A stretch of DNA of 64,000 nt from Fimicolochytrium jonesii (taxonomy: Eukaryota), in the NCBI RefSeq assembly GCF_025526975.1, contig NW_026515669.1:558001-622000 (forward strand), read 5' to 3'. This document shows positions 62,189 through 64,000 of the stretch, in pieces. The notes under the pieces are model-generated. The model was not told where the DNA came from and searched no databases. It was given only the letters and a program-made list of their open reading frames with translations. Position 1 is the first letter of the stretch. Each line of letters opens with the position of its first letter. Made by a program: the position numbers and the translations under genes.

Positions 62189-64000
62189 AGACATTCGCGA
62201 CTAGTTGCATATTGGCGTAGGACATTTTCTGCTTGTATATATTCACTTTGCCTCTGGTAATTACATATCACCCCGATCTTTAATGTCCGTGTCAGCGGAA
62301 GCCTGGTGTTGGGGTAGATCTAAAGTTTACCGGTATGGGAATGTGTGATCACTACGGCTGCAACGCTCTCGTTGCGATGCGTGAAAATCAAGGATGGCGG
62401 AAGAAACACTTGTCATCTCAGGACGGTGGACCAACCGGAACCTCCGTCTTGAGCTCCCTGATCTAGAGGCCATTGCGCGCAATGCATGCCACCTTCACAC
62501 TTATATGGGGAGAGAGTATGGGCGATGGCCCCATCAAAGAGAACGGCAGAGCGAGAACATCTGTGAGATAGCATCAGATAGGAGCGAAAGACATTGCTGT
62601 AATTTTGTTCCACATGATAGTTTCGGTTGAACTATGTCATCATCATGCGCGATATCATAGATGTTCTGCTCATTGACAGTCCCCTCAGTCCACCAGAGCG
62701 CAAAGCTCACAACGGGAGCTGCAGTGGGTACGTTGAGGTAGAGTAAACCAGTGATGTGTTTGCGATGGGAAAGCACAGACACGCATCCCAAGGTTGCGAC
62801 AGACAGATTCCTGGTACCCTTCCCAACTGAACCCACTCTGACTCCCATGCGCATAACGCAACAACGCTGAACTCGAACCCATTTGGGCAATGTAACCAAA
62901 GGACCCGAGATCGCCTTGCGTTGTAGGGAACCAAGTCAGACGGAACCCACTGCCCCTCCTACCGGGTTGGAATATCCCAGAGGCGTAATCTTCAACAGGA
63001 GCGGAGAGCCCCGAAGGACTCTCAACGACTCCCCACTTCGTGTTGGGCAGAGGCTCTTCGTCTCATCATCCTTGGTGATATGTGCGGCTTTGTTAGAAAA
63101 CAAAGCGAGGTACGATGAACTGCATAATATGATCCTGTAGTGGAAGAGAGATTGGTGAATACGAGGCCATATCGAAGGCGGATTTGAGCTGTGTGGTGCG
63201 TGAAGGTATGGGAGACCTACCTTATGAGTATCGTCGATATTTTTGAAAGAGGTGGATGCAAGAGGGTGCTTCCTTATATACCATTGGCGGGATTCTTGTG
63301 CGACGCGAGCGGAATGGGAAGAAAAGCCAAGTCACGTGATCCGATGTTCCTCGACCGACCTCCCAGTCAACCCTCTCAAGGAACTTGAGAGCCCTCTCTC
63401 GTATGGAGTGCATCGGTGAAAGAGGATTCGGGTCAAATGTGGCTGGAATCCCCTATGCGTGATATGTCTCGCCTCCGTGTCTCCTGAGTGAGTCGGGGGG
63501 AATACAAACCGCATCTATCCTAGTTTGCAGGGGCTGGCATTTTCTTGGCGGATCGGTGGCTTCCTATTCCTCTCTTTGTGAATGCACGATACGAGGGTAC
63601 GCCCATTGAGTAATAGACGAAATATAGAGAGGTGAAATTTGTGCATTGTACGTCCGATCCCCAGTGGTCGGATCGCCCGCAGGCGAAGGCCGATTCAAAG
63701 TGATTGCGTCCACAGTCGGTGAGCTCCATCCTTCCGGAATACTACCTCTGATAAGGTCTGGCATTCATTGCCATATTAGACTTCACCGGGGCAGTCAGTT
63801 CCTGACGCCAAGCACAGCACCTGTGCTGTTCAATGGAGCCCGTTCGCACAAGCCTTTACCTTAAGGCTTTGTTTCGAAGAATTCAAGCTCCTGCCCGCGG
63901 ACGCAAGGCATTGCCGGAGGCTCAAGGTACCGCCTCTAGGGGAAAAGTGTGAAGACTGCGGCGAACTGGAGTTTCATGCCTTTGCAAGCAGGAACGCTTC

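Noticed and set aside
62300..64000. Short ORFs at the right end of the window
   Set aside because: No recognisable domain or coherent exon chain; treated as intergenic or unresolved
1..64000. CRISPR arrays, rRNA, tRNA, transposase or RT genes
   Set aside because: No repeat-spacer pattern, structural RNA signature or mobile-element motif recognised; small ncRNAs cannot be excluded without a covariance search

Overview
Gene-dense eukaryotic DNA with short GT-AG introns. It is inferred to be fungal, most likely an early-diverging lineage such as a cellulolytic chytrid; this comes from gene content and intron density, not from a marker gene. About 21 spliced genes can be reconstructed: the eIF2B-gamma 3' end, an AA9 LPMO, RBM25, UDP-rhamnose epimerase/reductase, a PAXX-like NHEJ factor, SRP40/Nopp140, AMPK-beta, Sec5, ADE4, a beta-trefoil-like membrane protein, a WSC-TM-SH3 protein, a C2-lipase 3, a HAL/Npr-type kinase, GNA1, a GW-repeat multi-RRM protein, PP2A B'', CBM12-DM9, SCJ1/ERdj3, a disrupted TRANK1-like UvrD helicase, a compact Rif1-like gene and an AA5 copper radical oxidase. 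The best leads are: (1) a GW/WG-repeat plus RRM protein with GW182-like architecture; (2) a fungal PAXX-like gene; (3) a GNA1 intron-retention switch that creates or removes a peroxisomal PTS1 (-AKL); (4) a miniature Rif1; (5) a TRANK1-like helicase broken by a locally templated insertion and two apparent frameshifts; (6) a dense TGAC/GTCA motif cluster upstream of the CBM12-DM9 gene. No rRNA, tRNA, CRISPR array or recognisable transposon was seen. All family calls come from motif recognition by eye; no database searches were run.
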